Virus record (IMG/VR): IMGVR_UViG_3300032242_003291
Span: 62,001-126,000 of that record
Direction: 5' to 3' (one strand)
DNA length: 64,000 nt
Positions 48,503-58,509 of the stretch are shown here, one piece after another; position 1 is the stretch's first letter; every line of letters begins with the position of its first letter. A program made the translations under genes and the position numbers. The notes below the pieces were generated by a model. It was not told the DNA's origin. It saw only the letters and a list, made by a program, of their open reading frames with translations, and ran no database searches.

Positions 48503-50260
48503 TTATTTAGCACCAAATAACCATCCATACTTCATGTAATCGGCTTTGCTCGGCCCTTCGTTTAATTGGCTTTGTCTACCCATTTGAGGTATATATGGGT
48601 TAAAGTATTCCGAAGTATTTTTGTTCTCGTTGGATATAGATGTCCAAGAGTTTAACATAGCCTTAGTATGATTAACGACTTTCTGTAAAGATTGGAATGA
48701 TTTTTCAGCAACGTAAATTGCCATTGAAATACCCATAATACAGTCATCATGGTGGCCCTTCTGATGGTCAGGTCTACCATTAATGTATACAAATGTATTC
48801 ATTTCATTATACAATCTATGAGAATAAATTTTGAAATCATGTCTTGCGGCTTCTTCTAACGATGCAATAATTTGAACTCTTTTGCTGTTGAAATTAATAC
48901 CAGGAATTTTTTCATTTATTTTAGGGTCCCATTTCCATTTGTTGGTTGTATCAACATTATCAACATACATTCCACCTTGGTATCCCAACTCCTGCATTTT
49001 TCTTGCTGTTGCAACTCCCATACCACCAGTTAAATCGACAACACAATATGCATTATACATTGTTCCCCACTTGTAAGCAATCTCGGCAGTTACATCTGGT
49101 GGTACTTTTCCGACGTATTCAAGGACTTGCTCTCTTGTATCAAAGTCAATTATCTCAATAGAACTAAAGTCTTCGGAATCCCCTCTTGATACGTCCACAC
49201 CCATTACATATTTGTGTCCCTGTTCTGCTTCTTTAAAAATCCACAAAGCACTACCCATCATTTTTGCAATAGGTTCTCTTAAATGGTTTTTGGCTATGTT
49301 TTGCATTAATTCAGAATCAAATACGTTATCACCCGAACCTAAGAAATTACATTCTAACTCCTGAGCCACCTTTCTCCTATCAAACTTCAATTTCTTAACC
49401 ATACCTTCAAACCAAGCTGAACATGGTTTATATCCTTTAGAGATATAATCGGTTGTAATTGAGTGGTCTCTTTCATAAGGATTATCAACAGATAAATCCA
49501 CAACAACATCCTGTGGATAGTCTTCTCTGTTTAATAAAAAATGAACCAAGTCATTTGTTTTAACCATATACAAATCTTTTGTATATCTTGGGTCACGGAA
49601 CCAAAACATTTCAGATATTTTGAAATCATTCATGTTTCTTAATGACTGGTCATAAATTTCATAATAGATTGGGTCATATCCGTTTGGTGTGGATACAACG
49701 ATAACCTTACCACCCGTAGATAGTGAGGCCATACAGGCAGACCAGAAATCTCCGTCTGCCTCAATGAACGCCGCCTCATCAAAGATAAGAATAGTCGGAG
49801 TATAACCTCTCAACGCATCCTTTGATGTCGCAACCGCCTTAACTTCGCAGTCATTTGTAAGTTTGAAATGTCTTTGTGAATTCTTTTCTTGTGAAAATCC
49901 AACGCCAACCCATGCTGGCCATTGTTCTGTAAAGTTTCTAATCTTGTTAGCCATCTCCACAGATGTATCTAACTTATTGGCAATGATTAGAATTTTTTCA
50001 GGCTTTTGTTTTTTAGCAAACACAAGTTTTTTAGAAGCCCATGCAGCAGTTACTGTTGATACACCTGCCTGACGATACTTCAATGCAATATTTTCATTAT
50101 ATGCATCGTAATCTTCTATTAGGCTAACTTGGTCGGGGAATAAATCTAACGGAACATATTTTGATACCGTATTATCGTAAGTCTGTAAATAAGTACGAAG
50201 TGCATATGGTGTGTTTCTCATGCACTTCGTAACTTCTATAATTAATTGTTCTTTAGTCAT
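48503..50260 (-). CDS. Terminase large subunit, T4 gp17-like
   Basis: LKYRQAGVST, IFDEAAF, VVSTPNG, GVDVSRGDSEDFS, HDDCIM. Confidence 0.93.
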   Translation of the reverse strand: MTKEQLIIEVTKCMRNTPYALRTYLQTYDNTVSKYVPLDLFPDQVSLIEDYDAYNENIALKYRQAGVSTVTAAWASKKLVFAKKQKPEKILIIANKLDTSVEMANKIRNFTEQWPAWVGVGFSQEKNSQRHFKLTNDCEVKAVATSKDALRGYTPTILIFDEAAFIEADGDFWSACMASLSTGGKVIVVSTPNGYDPIYYEIYDQSLRNMNDFKISEMFWFRDPRYTKDLYMVKTNDLVHFLLNREDYPQDVVVDLSVDNPYERDHSITTDYISKGYKPCSAWFEGMVKKLKFDRRKVAQELECNFLGSGDNVFDSELMQNIAKNHLREPIAKMMGSALWIFKEAEQGHKYVMGVDVSRGDSEDFSSIEIIDFDTREQVLEYVGKVPPDVTAEIAYKWGTMYNAYCVVDLTGGMGVATARKMQELGYQGGMYVDNVDTTNKWKWDPKINEKIPGINFNSKRVQIIASLEEAARHDFKIYSHRLYNEMNTFVYINGRPDHQKGHHDDCIMGISMAIYVAEKSFQSLQKVVNHTKAMLNSWTSISNENKNTSEYFNPYIPQMGRQSQLNEGPSKADYMKYGWLFGAK

Positions 50261-50266
50261 TAATTG

Positions 50267-51589
50267 TTATTTGGGTCTTGATATCCCCAAACTACCAAAG
50301 AAATCATCTAGACCATCATCTTCATCTTCGTCCTCGATGTCATTTTCTTCTTTGTAGTCTTCGTACTCGCTTTTCAAATTTTGAGCTTCTTTCATAATTT
50401 CTGTGAATTTGGAAGTTGCTTTTTTAACCTTTGACTCATCTTCAGAAATTGCGTTTCCTATAATTTCTAAAAATTCTTGTGCTGGTATTTGATATAACAA
50501 GATTTGGAACCAGTTTATTAAACCTTTATTTGAATCATCAAACATTTCATCTGGTAATGCATGTCTGAATTTTTCTACGATTTCAGGTCCTATTCTTAAT
50601 TGCATTGGTTCGTTAGATAATACATCAACCGCACCTCTTACTTTATCTCTGATACTTTTATTTTGGGAATGTCCGTGTCTACCTTTAGCTTCTTCTAATC
50701 CTTTAATAATTTCATGACATAAAATAGGGAATATCATTCCTGTTGCAACAATTTTTGTGTCAGGTTTTTCTTCACCTTCTCCTTCTTCATCACCACCTTC
50801 TTCTCCACCTTCTGAATCATCATTATTTTCTAATGATACTTTACCTGCAACACCTTGACCTGTTTGACTCATCATTTCAATCATTTGTTCCATACTAAAA
50901 TATAAGAAATCATTGATTGCCATGATACCCAAGTAATCTCTATAAAGGGATGGATTAATTTCATCTAATCTAGCCTTAACCCAAGGTTCTTGGAAAATAT
51001 AGTGTCCTCTTTTAGCTGACCCTTGGATGATAGCATTGATAATATTTCTCTTATGTTTTTCTAATTCTAATTCTTCTTCATCTGTCAAATCTTCAACATC
51101 GAATGATGGAATTTCTAATTCATCTTTTTCTTCATCATCATCATTTTCTTCTTCATCATCTGTTGGTTCTTCAGGTGCATATCTAAAATCTGAAACATCT
51201 GGCATCTCACCTAAATGTGGTTCAATTACATACCAATCTTCAGGTACTTGTTGCTCATGTAAACAAGCATCAATCGCTAATTGCTCAAGAGCCTGTTTAT
51301 TCGCAGCTTCGATACTCATAATACCTCTAAGCTTAGCCATTTGTTCCTGATAAATCATCTGTTGAACTCCTTGAGAACTGATATTTTGAATACCTGTAAC
51401 TTCTTTTAATTTATCAGCAACTTTACCAAATCTTTGACTAACTAACCTTTGTACGTCAGCAGGTCCTTTTCTCATAGCTGGATTTTGACCATATAAACTA
51501 TCAGGACTTGCCAACTTTCTTTCCAAACTTGGGTCCATTCTTTCACGTCTATTGCCGTAATCTAACTGTTCTTTTAATTTTTTTGCCAT
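50267..51589 (-). CDS. Acidic hypothetical protein
   Basis: Start reassigned to MAKKLKEQ (51589); E/D tracts; KRNIINAIIQG. Confidence 0.65.
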   Translation of the reverse strand: MAKKLKEQLDYGNRRERMDPSLERKLASPDSLYGQNPAMRKGPADVQRLVSQRFGKVADKLKEVTGIQNISSQGVQQMIYQEQMAKLRGIMSIEAANKQALEQLAIDACLHEQQVPEDWYVIEPHLGEMPDVSDFRYAPEEPTDDEEENDDDEEKDELEIPSFDVEDLTDEEELELEKHKRNIINAIIQGSAKRGHYIFQEPWVKARLDEINPSLYRDYLGIMAINDFLYFSMEQMIEMMSQTGQGVAGKVSLENNDDSEGGEEGGDEEGEGEEKPDTKIVATGMIFPILCHEIIKGLEEAKGRHGHSQNKSIRDKVRGAVDVLSNEPMQLRIGPEIVEKFRHALPDEMFDDSNKGLINWFQILLYQIPAQEFLEIIGNAISEDESKVKKATSKFTEIMKEAQNLKSEYEDYKEENDIEDEDEDDGLDDFFGSLGISRPK

Positions 51590-51593
51590 TTTC

Positions 51594-52301
51594 TTATTTT
51601 TGTAAAAGTTGCATAATAACATCTATAACCTCTTTTTTAGCCTTTTCAGGTGAAACCTTTTTTGCCTTTGGAGATTCTTTTTCACCTGGATTTGGATTTT
51701 TACCTGGATGTGCAGGTCTTTGAGGTTTTGTACCAGGTTTTGTTGTCGGTTTTGTAACTGGTTTTGTGGGTGCCGTTGATGGACTGTTCTCACTTAAATA
51801 CTTAACCAAATCACCTTTAGTGATTCTTGGAGGTAAATTTCTTTCTACTATATTCATAATTTGATTTTCAAGAAACAAAGATACAGGATTTTTTCCTTCT
51901 CCCAATTGTTTTTTTACTTCTCTTACACATCTTTCCCATTTTCTTGACTTTTTAGGTCCTACTTGAGAATGACAAATTGCCCATGGATTAGGTTTGTTTT
52001 TATCTTTTTCCTCAAACATACCCATACCGTCGTCCGTTGCATCAGGGTCTTTAGTCAAATCAACGTCTACATCCTCTTCCATTTCCTTTTCCGTCATAGT
52101 GACATTAACACCTTGAGCATTCAAATTTTTGGCAATTTGAGCTGCGGAAGGATTTTTACTACTTACTGCAGTAGTACCTTTCACTTGCTCGTTTATTAAT
52201 TTTGAATATAACACATCTATTTGTGACTCAGTCAATTTAGATACTGTTTTTGCCGACAATCCTTTATCAATTAATTTGACCGCTTTTTTATTAATTCTCA
52301 T
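51594..52301 (-). CDS. Hypothetical protein with NPWAIC module and TKP repeats
   Basis: NPWAICHSQVG...WERCV; PTKPVTKPTTKPGTKP. Confidence 0.65.
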   Translation of the reverse strand: MRINKKAVKLIDKGLSAKTVSKLTESQIDVLYSKLINEQVKGTTAVSSKNPSAAQIAKNLNAQGVNVTMTEKEMEEDVDVDLTKDPDATDDGMGMFEEKDKNKPNPWAICHSQVGPKKSRKWERCVREVKKQLGEGKNPVSLFLENQIMNIVERNLPPRITKGDLVKYLSENSPSTAPTKPVTKPTTKPGTKPQRPAHPGKNPNPGEKESPKAKKVSPEKAKKEVIDVIMQLLQK

Positions 52302-52686
52302 AAACTACTTTTTTTTCAAATTCCAAAATCAAATCTCTTTCGTAGAGCTTATCTTTTATTTCTTGTTCTGTTGTTCCAAATCTAAAAACTAGTCTTTTTT
52401 GACCATCAGTTTCTTCATTTTCCCAAGCTAATGCTACAACATCATCCATAGCATCTATCATACAAAAAAAATCGGAGTTCTGAATCAATTCCAACTTTAC
52501 ATCAGTATTTCTCAGAACTCCTACCTTCTTGATATATTTTAATTCAGGTGGAGTTGGGTATCCATTACATGGTTTACTTTCCCAAGATTCTCCCCAAACA
52601 TCTTCACTATCAGAGAAAATAAACTCGTAAAGATTGTCTCCCTTATAATTGGGTCCCAAACCATTTACGTAGATTAATTTACTCAT
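52291..52686 (-). CDS. Hypothetical phage protein
   Basis: 131-aa ORF in the operon. Confidence 0.65.
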   Translation of the reverse strand: MSKLIYVNGLGPNYKGDNLYEFIFSDSEDVWGESWESKPCNGYPTPPELKYIKKVGVLRNTDVKLELIQNSDFFCMIDAMDDVVALAWENEETDGQKRLVFRFGTTEQEIKDKLYERDLILEFEKKVVYEN

Positions 52687-52687
52687 A

Positions 52688-53956
52688 TTACGCCAATAAT
52701 CCTTCAGGTGATATTCTCACTTGTTTTCCTTTATTTTCGAATACTAGATTCTTCTTGTTTGTTTTACCTATAATTTTAGCACCAGAGTTTTCTTGTAAAA
52801 ATTTCTTGGAAGCTAATTCTTGTTCAATTGTTTCAGTTAATTTAACAACTTCTTTCATTTGTCTTTTAACCTCTAATACTTTTTTCTGTGTATTCTTTTG
52901 TCTGTTTTCTAAAATTTCTTTTTTACTAACTTCAAAATATTTTGAAATAACCTTATCTACTTTTGATTCACCAAATATATGGTCTAAAATTGCTCCGTGT
53001 TTTGATGCTTCTCTAAATTCTCCTTCAACAGGCATTTCTTGTCCGCCTTCTGCACCCATATCAGAACCCATATCACCTCCTAAATCAGGTTGCTCCTCGT
53101 TACCCATTTCATCACCACCCATATTCTCTCCACCTTCTTCTCTTTCGTCAGCATCTTCAAACTTAGTTAAAATGTCTTCTTTATCTTCTTCTGAAAGATT
53201 CTTCAAATCTAAGGATGATAAAACCATGTTGATAACGTATTTGATATCTTCAGAAGTCATTCCTTGTTCGTTATCTAAAGTTCTAATTTTTTGAGTTAAT
53301 TTACCAGTAAGTTTTTGAATTGTTTTGAAGGTAACTTTTTCATCTAAACCCTGTCCTCCTTCATTTCCCATATCTTCTCCACCCATATCTTCTCCACCCA
53401 TTTCATCACCACCTTCTGGTTGTCCGCCACCCATTTCATCACCCATAGGTGCTTCACCACCTTCTGCAGGTGGAACATCACCACCAACTGGAGATGGTGG
53501 AAGTTCTGGTGAAGGAACTGCTGGTGGAGCTGCAGGTGTCTCTGCTGCTGGTGCTGGTAATTCTTCAGGTGCTGGTTTTGGTGTTCTTAAAACAAACTTT
53601 TTTTGTTCACCATACAATGAAAGACCTTCTTCGTTTTCGTTAATTTTATTTAACTCGCCAGCAACAAGATTCAATCTTTTGAATGCTTGCGAATACGATG
53701 AATAATATTTTCTATTTTTCATCGGTTCGATATATTCTGTTTCAGATTCTGTCACAATTTTTTTGATAACATATCCTTGTCTCTCTCTTACAATTTCATA
53801 ATTGTTACCATCAGCTAATTGAATTGAATATTCTGATTTGGCAGTTTCGTTGATACTATTTGGAATAACTTCATTGAATCTAGCAATTTCCATTATTCTT
53901 TTTAATTTGTCTTGACCTTGAAGTTTTTCACTTCCAAGTGGTTTTAAATCTCCCAT
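52688..53956 (-). CDS. Hypothetical protein with Pro/Gly/Glu/Met low-complexity linkers
   Basis: 422 aa; PAPEELPAP..., GGDEMGGEDMGGEDM. Confidence 0.65.
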   Translation of the reverse strand: MGDLKPLGSEKLQGQDKLKRIMEIARFNEVIPNSINETAKSEYSIQLADGNNYEIVRERQGYVIKKIVTESETEYIEPMKNRKYYSSYSQAFKRLNLVAGELNKINENEEGLSLYGEQKKFVLRTPKPAPEELPAPAAETPAAPPAVPSPELPPSPVGGDVPPAEGGEAPMGDEMGGGQPEGGDEMGGEDMGGEDMGNEGGQGLDEKVTFKTIQKLTGKLTQKIRTLDNEQGMTSEDIKYVINMVLSSLDLKNLSEEDKEDILTKFEDADEREEGGENMGGDEMGNEEQPDLGGDMGSDMGAEGGQEMPVEGEFREASKHGAILDHIFGESKVDKVISKYFEVSKKEILENRQKNTQKKVLEVKRQMKEVVKLTETIEQELASKKFLQENSGAKIIGKTNKKNLVFENKGKQVRISPEGLLA

Positions 53957-53975
53957 TGTATATTAATTTATATTT

Positions 53976-54425
53976 TTAATTATTTAATCCGTTTTGTCCT
54001 CCAAGTTCAACCATATTTAATTGAACTACTTGGATAGTATTTCCATTATTTGTATCGCTAACCCATTTAGCATACGGTACTTGAACTCCCGCAGGTAATG
54101 TACCACCACTAAATGACCCTTCCATTTCTGCAGTATATTGATAAAACTCATTCACCGAAATACCACTGTAGAATGGAGTTGAACTTGGTGTTGGTGTATG
54201 TGTTGGTGTTGGTGTATGACTTGAAGTAATACTTGGTGTTACGCTTGGCGTGTTTGTTTGAGTAGGTGTATGACTCGGTGTAACACTTGGCGTCACTGTT
54301 GCAGATGCAGTAATACTTGGTGTAGGGGTATGTGTTGCAGATGCAGTAATACTCGGTGTAGGAGTATGTGTCGGTGTTATACTTGGGGTCACCGTTGGGG
54401 TCGGTGTCGGAGTCTCAGTTGCCAT
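53976..54425 (-). CDS. Thr/Pro/Ser-repeat (mucin-like) protein with small C-terminal domain
   Basis: About 80 N-terminal residues are TPT(P/A)S repeats; TATTTAT 19 nt upstream. Confidence 0.7.
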   Translation of the reverse strand: MATETPTPTPTVTPSITPTHTPTPSITASATHTPTPSITASATVTPSVTPSHTPTQTNTPSVTPSITSSHTPTPTHTPTPSSTPFYSGISVNEFYQYTAEMEGSFSGGTLPAGVQVPYAKWVSDTNNGNTIQVVQLNMVELGGQNGLNN

Positions 54426-54483
54426 TATCTAAATTATTTTCTTTATAAATATATGATTAGTGGTAATTATCTTAACTTTGGAT

Positions 54484-55215
54484 TTAGTCCTCTATTTTTC
54501 TTTCAACAGATAACTCTTTATCCAAAGTTTTATTTAATGTATCAAATAAGTTTTGAATGTGTCCCGACCTCCTCAAGAATTTGAATACCAAATTTTCGTA
54601 AGAAAGTTCCCCATCTTTTTCAAGTCCAGAGTTTCTATATTCTTTTAACTTGTCTTTAAGGGTGTCTAATTTAGAATTATCTTCATCTTCAACTGCTGCG
54701 TCAATTTTGTCTGTCCAAGTTTTGATTTTGTGTTTTAGTACTTCTTGGTCTACTTGATTTTTCATCTTATTTGGAACATTAATCCATTCGTCATTCATAA
54801 TTGAAAAAACACCAGAACTATAATGAGCCTCCTCGGTATCTTGAGCATAAAGTTCAACATCGTATCCAAAGATTTTGATGTCATGTTTATCGTTGAAAAG
54901 TTGTTTTTTTAGGTTGAATAATTCTTTGTATAAATCAGATTCTTCATCATATTGACTTAAATCAACATGAACGTGTAAATCAAAATCTGAAAATTCGGAC
55001 CAATTAAAATTAGCCAAAGAACCTGTGAGCACAATATCCTCAACGAAAATTTCGTCACCTAAGTAGTCAATAAATTTTTCAGCAATTTTAAGAAGTGCTT
55101 TTCTAACCTTTGTGACCATTTTAGACTTTTTAGGGTCTTTAGGGTTTTCCCAAATTTTAGGATTCAAAGTACTCTTTACAGAAAAACTATCGAGGATTTT
55201 TTGAAAATTACTCAT
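54484..55215 (-). CDS. Pol-beta superfamily nucleotidyltransferase
   Basis: IVLTGSLANFNW..FSDFDLH (GS...DxD) and VELYAQD. Confidence 0.75.
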   Translation of the reverse strand: MSNFQKILDSFSVKSTLNPKIWENPKDPKKSKMVTKVRKALLKIAEKFIDYLGDEIFVEDIVLTGSLANFNWSEFSDFDLHVHVDLSQYDEESDLYKELFNLKKQLFNDKHDIKIFGYDVELYAQDTEEAHYSSGVFSIMNDEWINVPNKMKNQVDQEVLKHKIKTWTDKIDAAVEDEDNSKLDTLKDKLKEYRNSGLEKDGELSYENLVFKFLRRSGHIQNLFDTLNKTLDKELSVERKIED

Positions 55216-55236
55216 CCTTAATAAATACTACAAACC

Positions 55237-55479
55237 TTATAGTTTTTTGTATTTGTATTTTTTAGATATATCTGTGGTAAAAAATTTACCTTGAGATTCA
55301 GCTTTTCTGAATTTTGTGTACTCTTGGTGAGGTACTTCTTCGTACTGGTATCTATGACCGTTAGCAAATTCTACAATCATTAATTTTGTTTCAGTATCGT
55401 ATTCTGATTTTTTAAGATTTGAAGATTTAATTTCATTCAGAATCTTCGTCCCCTTGATTTCTTCTTTTGTAATCGACAT
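55237..55479 (-). CDS. KTSC domain protein
   Basis: SSNL..SEYD.ETK.MIVEF..G..Y.Y..VP...Y..F..A.S.GKFF...I. Confidence 0.85.
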   Translation of the reverse strand: MSITKEEIKGTKILNEIKSSNLKKSEYDTETKLMIVEFANGHRYQYEEVPHQEYTKFRKAESQGKFFTTDISKKYKYKKL

Positions 55480-55780
55480 GGCTTAATGGTGTTAATTCAT
55501 CAATTTTATTTAATAATGGCTGTAAATATGATACTAAGTCATCATCATTTATTTCAAAACCATAATCTTTTATTTGTTTTAATAAAGCGTTTTTTCTGTG
55601 AGTAAATTGGGATTCACTATTCATCATTCCTGTAGTATAAATTGGAGGGTTTTCCAAATCTTTTTGACTAAACCCAAGTTCTTGAAAATGTTGTCTCAAA
55701 AAAAGGTATATATCCAATAATTCTCTAACTTTTGAGTTAGTTTCTAAAAATTTATGTAATAGACGTTTATGTGGATTCAT
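55433..55780 (-). CDS. Hypothetical phage protein
   Basis: 115 aa; TATTTAT-N5-ATG. Confidence 0.55.
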   Translation of the reverse strand: MNPHKRLLHKFLETNSKVRELLDIYLFLRQHFQELGFSQKDLENPPIYTTGMMNSESQFTHRKNALLKQIKDYGFEINDDDLVSYLQPLLNKIDELTPLSHVDYKRRNQGDEDSE

Positions 55781-55841
55781 ACATTATAAATACAAAACCC
55801 CCACCAAAAATGATGAGGGTTTGTTTCGCGGTGTGTCTCAA

Positions 55842-56246
55842 TTAAAGTAGACTTACTCTTTTCTTCTCTTGTTTTTTGAAGTTAGGAATGAACACGGTTA
55901 GAAGACCGTCTTCTATTGTTGCCTCAATGGACTCGGGATTCAAATCAGTACCAATTGTAAATTTCTCTTCAATTGATTTTGTTTTTTCTTCCCCATTTAA
56001 TTTGTACGTTCTACTTCCTTGGATATGAATGATACCATTCTCCACTTCAACTTTCAAAGTTGTTTTATTAAAACCTGGCGCTTCAAAGAAAAGATATGCA
56101 CCGTCTTTTGTGTAATTAATCTCGTGAGCGTCAGCACCTTGAGTTGTTATTTTAGTTGTTCTATATGTTGGTCTTTCGTAATTTAACATTTCCAACACCT
56201 TTTCAAAATCATAACTAGGTCCTCCGAATAAACTTCTGTAAATCAT
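55842..56246 (-). CDS. Small heat-shock protein (Hsp20/alpha-crystallin)
   Basis: FEAPGFNK..LKVEVENG.IHIQG...F.I...LNPESIEAT.EDGLLTVFIP, C-terminal RVSLL. Confidence 0.85.
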   Translation of the reverse strand: MIYRSLFGGPSYDFEKVLEMLNYERPTYRTTKITTQGADAHEINYTKDGAYLFFEAPGFNKTTLKVEVENGIIHIQGSRTYKLNGEEKTKSIEEKFTIGTDLNPESIEATIEDGLLTVFIPNFKKQEKKRVSLL

Positions 56247-56290
56247 AATAGTTTTGTTTGTTTTAATTTTATTTATTTATCTTTACATAA

Positions 56291-56428
56291 TCAAGTTATG
56301 TGCCACCACGAATATACTGAAAAAATTTCAGTTCTTTTATTACACATACGACAAAATGTCAGTTAAAAAAAATATTACCGACAATTTGACAAATTATTTG
56401 GCAGTGTCCAATTTTTGATACACCTTTG
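56291..56428. promoter_or_regulatory. Divergent control region for hsp20 and clpC: sigma54-like box, three phased palindromes, Bacteroidota-type promoter
   Basis: TGGCAC-N5-TTGA (minus, 56291-56305); ACTGAAA-N3-TTTCAGT 56316-56332; GACA-N3-TGTCA 56350-56361; GACA-N3-TGACA 56380-56391; TTTG(56397)-N20-CACCTTTG(56421). Confidence 0.5.
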
Positions 56429-56444
56429 ATAAAATTATTTAATT

Positions 56445-58457
56445 ATGAACGATTTAATGGACGACGACGACAAAATGAGTAAAAAACAAAAACAATCCTC
56501 TGACAGCAGTACACCTGTGTTGGATAACTTTAGTCGAGACCTAAACAAATTGGCCGCTGATGGCAAATTAGACCCTGTCATTGGGCGTGACAGAGAGATT
56601 TTGAGAATCGCTCAGATTCTATCTCGTAGAAAAAAGAATAACCCAATTATTATTGGTGAACCTGGTTGTGGTAAAACAGCACTTGTTGAAGGTTTGGCTA
56701 TCAAAATTGTAAATGGTGATTGTCCTCGCAACTTAGTTGATAAACGAATCGTTAACCTTGACTTAACTTCAGTGGTTGCTGGTACAAAGTACCGTGGTCA
56801 ATTTGAAGAAAGAATGAAGGTTATTATTGAAGAACTTCAAGCAAACCCAAATATCATCGTATTCATTGATGAAATACATACCTTGGTTGGCTCAGGTAAT
56901 TCAGCTGGTTCTATGGATGGTTCAAACATATTCAAACCCGCATTATCTCGCGGTGAACTTCAATGTATTGGTGCAACTACATTGGATGAATTCAGAAAAA
57001 ATATTGAAAAAGACGGAGCACTCGAACGTAGATTCCAAAAGGTAATGGTTGAGCCATCATCAGTGGAGGAAACAATTCAAATCTTGAAGAATGTTCGTGA
57101 CAAATACGAAACATTCCATAAGGTAACTTACACAGATGAAATCATCGAGACTTGTGTTAAATTGGCTGACCGTTATATCACGGACCGTGAGTTTCCTGAT
57201 AAAGCGTTTGATATCTTGGATGAAGTTGGAGCTCGTATGCAAACCGAACTTAAGATTCCTGAATCAATCGAATTATTGAAGAAAGCTGCCGCTGATATCA
57301 AACAACAAAAAACTGATGTTGTTAAGAAACAAAACTATGAGCAAGCCGCTCAATTAAGAGACAAGGAGAAAAAATTGTTGGCAAAGTTAGAATCTGAAAA
57401 CTCAAAGTTCGAAGAAGCTATGTTGAAAGACAAACAAAAAATTGCTCTTGATGATGTTTATGATGTTGTATCTAATATGACAAAAATCCCTGTGAACAAA
57501 ATGAGTGTAGATGATGCAAAAGCATTAATCAACTTAGATAAAGAATTGATTGGTAAAGTTATTGGTCAAGACTCAGCTGTCGTTAAGATTGCAAAATCAA
57601 TTAAGAGAAACAGATTGGGTATCAAAGACCCTAACCGTCCAATCGGTTCATTCATTTTCTTAGGCTCAACAGGTGTAGGTAAGACTCACTTGGCTAAACA
57701 ATTGGCTAAAGAGATGTTTGGTTCTGAAGATTCACTTATCCGTGTGGATATGTCTGAATACCAAGAGAAACATACTGTATCTAAATTGGTGGGAGCTCCT
57801 CCAGGTTATGTTGGATATGAAGAAGGTGGTCAATTAACTGAAAAGGTAAAGAACAAACCATACTCAGTAATCTTATTTGATGAGGTTGAAAAAGCTCACA
57901 AAGATGTGTTTACAGTATTACTTCAAATCTTGGATGATGGTCACGCAACAGATAGTTTAGGTAGAAAGATTAACTTCAAGAATACTTTAATCATCTTGAC
58001 GTCAAATTTAGGTGTGAAAAAATTACAAGACTTTGGCACAGGTATTGGTTTCTCTAATAACTCTTACGGAAACGAAGAGGCTAAGAAACAAGTACTGATG
58101 AAAGAAATGAAGAATTTCTTTTCACCTGAGTTCTTAAACCGTATTGATGACACTATTGTCTTCAACTCTTTGACTCCTGAGGATATCAAGAAAATCACTG
58201 AAATTGAATTGAAGAAGTTAACAGCTCGTTTGTCTGAGATGAAATACAACATCAGTTATGATGAGACATTAGTTGACTACTTAGCTAAGATTGGTTTCGA
58301 CGAATTATACGGAGCTAGACCACTTAAAAGAGCAATCCAAGACAAAGTTGAGGACTTGTTATCTGAAGAAGTTCTAACAGGTAAAATGATTGAAGGTAAG
58401 AATTACATTATCAAAGTGGATAATGAAGAAGTTAAGGTTACCAAGAAAGGTAGATAA
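56445..58457 (+). CDS. clpC: ClpC-type AAA+ unfoldase lacking the N-terminal Clp-repeat domain
   Basis: Two AAA modules (GEPGCGKT/FIDEIH and GSTGVGKT/LFDEVEK); pore loops KYRG and GYVG; UVR-type middle domain (QNYEQAAQLRDKE); IGF ClpP-docking loop. Confidence 0.88.
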   Translation: MNDLMDDDDKMSKKQKQSSDSSTPVLDNFSRDLNKLAADGKLDPVIGRDREILRIAQILSRRKKNNPIIIGEPGCGKTALVEGLAIKIVNGDCPRNLVDKRIVNLDLTSVVAGTKYRGQFEERMKVIIEELQANPNIIVFIDEIHTLVGSGNSAGSMDGSNIFKPALSRGELQCIGATTLDEFRKNIEKDGALERRFQKVMVEPSSVEETIQILKNVRDKYETFHKVTYTDEIIETCVKLADRYITDREFPDKAFDILDEVGARMQTELKIPESIELLKKAAADIKQQKTDVVKKQNYEQAAQLRDKEKKLLAKLESENSKFEEAMLKDKQKIALDDVYDVVSNMTKIPVNKMSVDDAKALINLDKELIGKVIGQDSAVVKIAKSIKRNRLGIKDPNRPIGSFIFLGSTGVGKTHLAKQLAKEMFGSEDSLIRVDMSEYQEKHTVSKLVGAPPGYVGYEEGGQLTEKVKNKPYSVILFDEVEKAHKDVFTVLLQILDDGHATDSLGRKINFKNTLIILTSNLGVKKLQDFGTGIGFSNNSYGNEEAKKQVLMKEMKNFFSPEFLNRIDDTIVFNSLTPEDIKKITEIELKKLTARLSEMKYNISYDETLVDYLAKIGFDELYGARPLKRAIQDKVEDLLSEEVLTGKMIEGKNYIIKVDNEEVKVTKKGR

Positions 58458-58463
58458 TTAATG

Positions 58464-58491
58464 AACCCTCACAGAAATGTGGGGGTTTTTT
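58464..58491 (+). terminator. Intrinsic terminator after clpC (identical copy at 63195)
   Basis: AACCCTCACA-GAAA-TGTGGGGGTT-TTTT. Confidence 0.85.
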
Positions 58492-58509
58492 ATATCAATA
58501 TAATGCATA

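Noticed and set aside
48503-50260. Intein or intron in terminase, portal or MCP
   Set aside because: ATPase and nuclease motifs are colinear at normal spacing, with no C/S...HN splice junctions or LAGLIDADG motifs seen.
43329-58252. Ser-rich or Pro/Gly-rich opposite-strand ORFs (43329, 46673, 51027, 52755, 53325, 54258, 57060, 58064 and similar)
   Set aside because: They are antisense shadows of acidic or low-complexity regions in well-supported genes.
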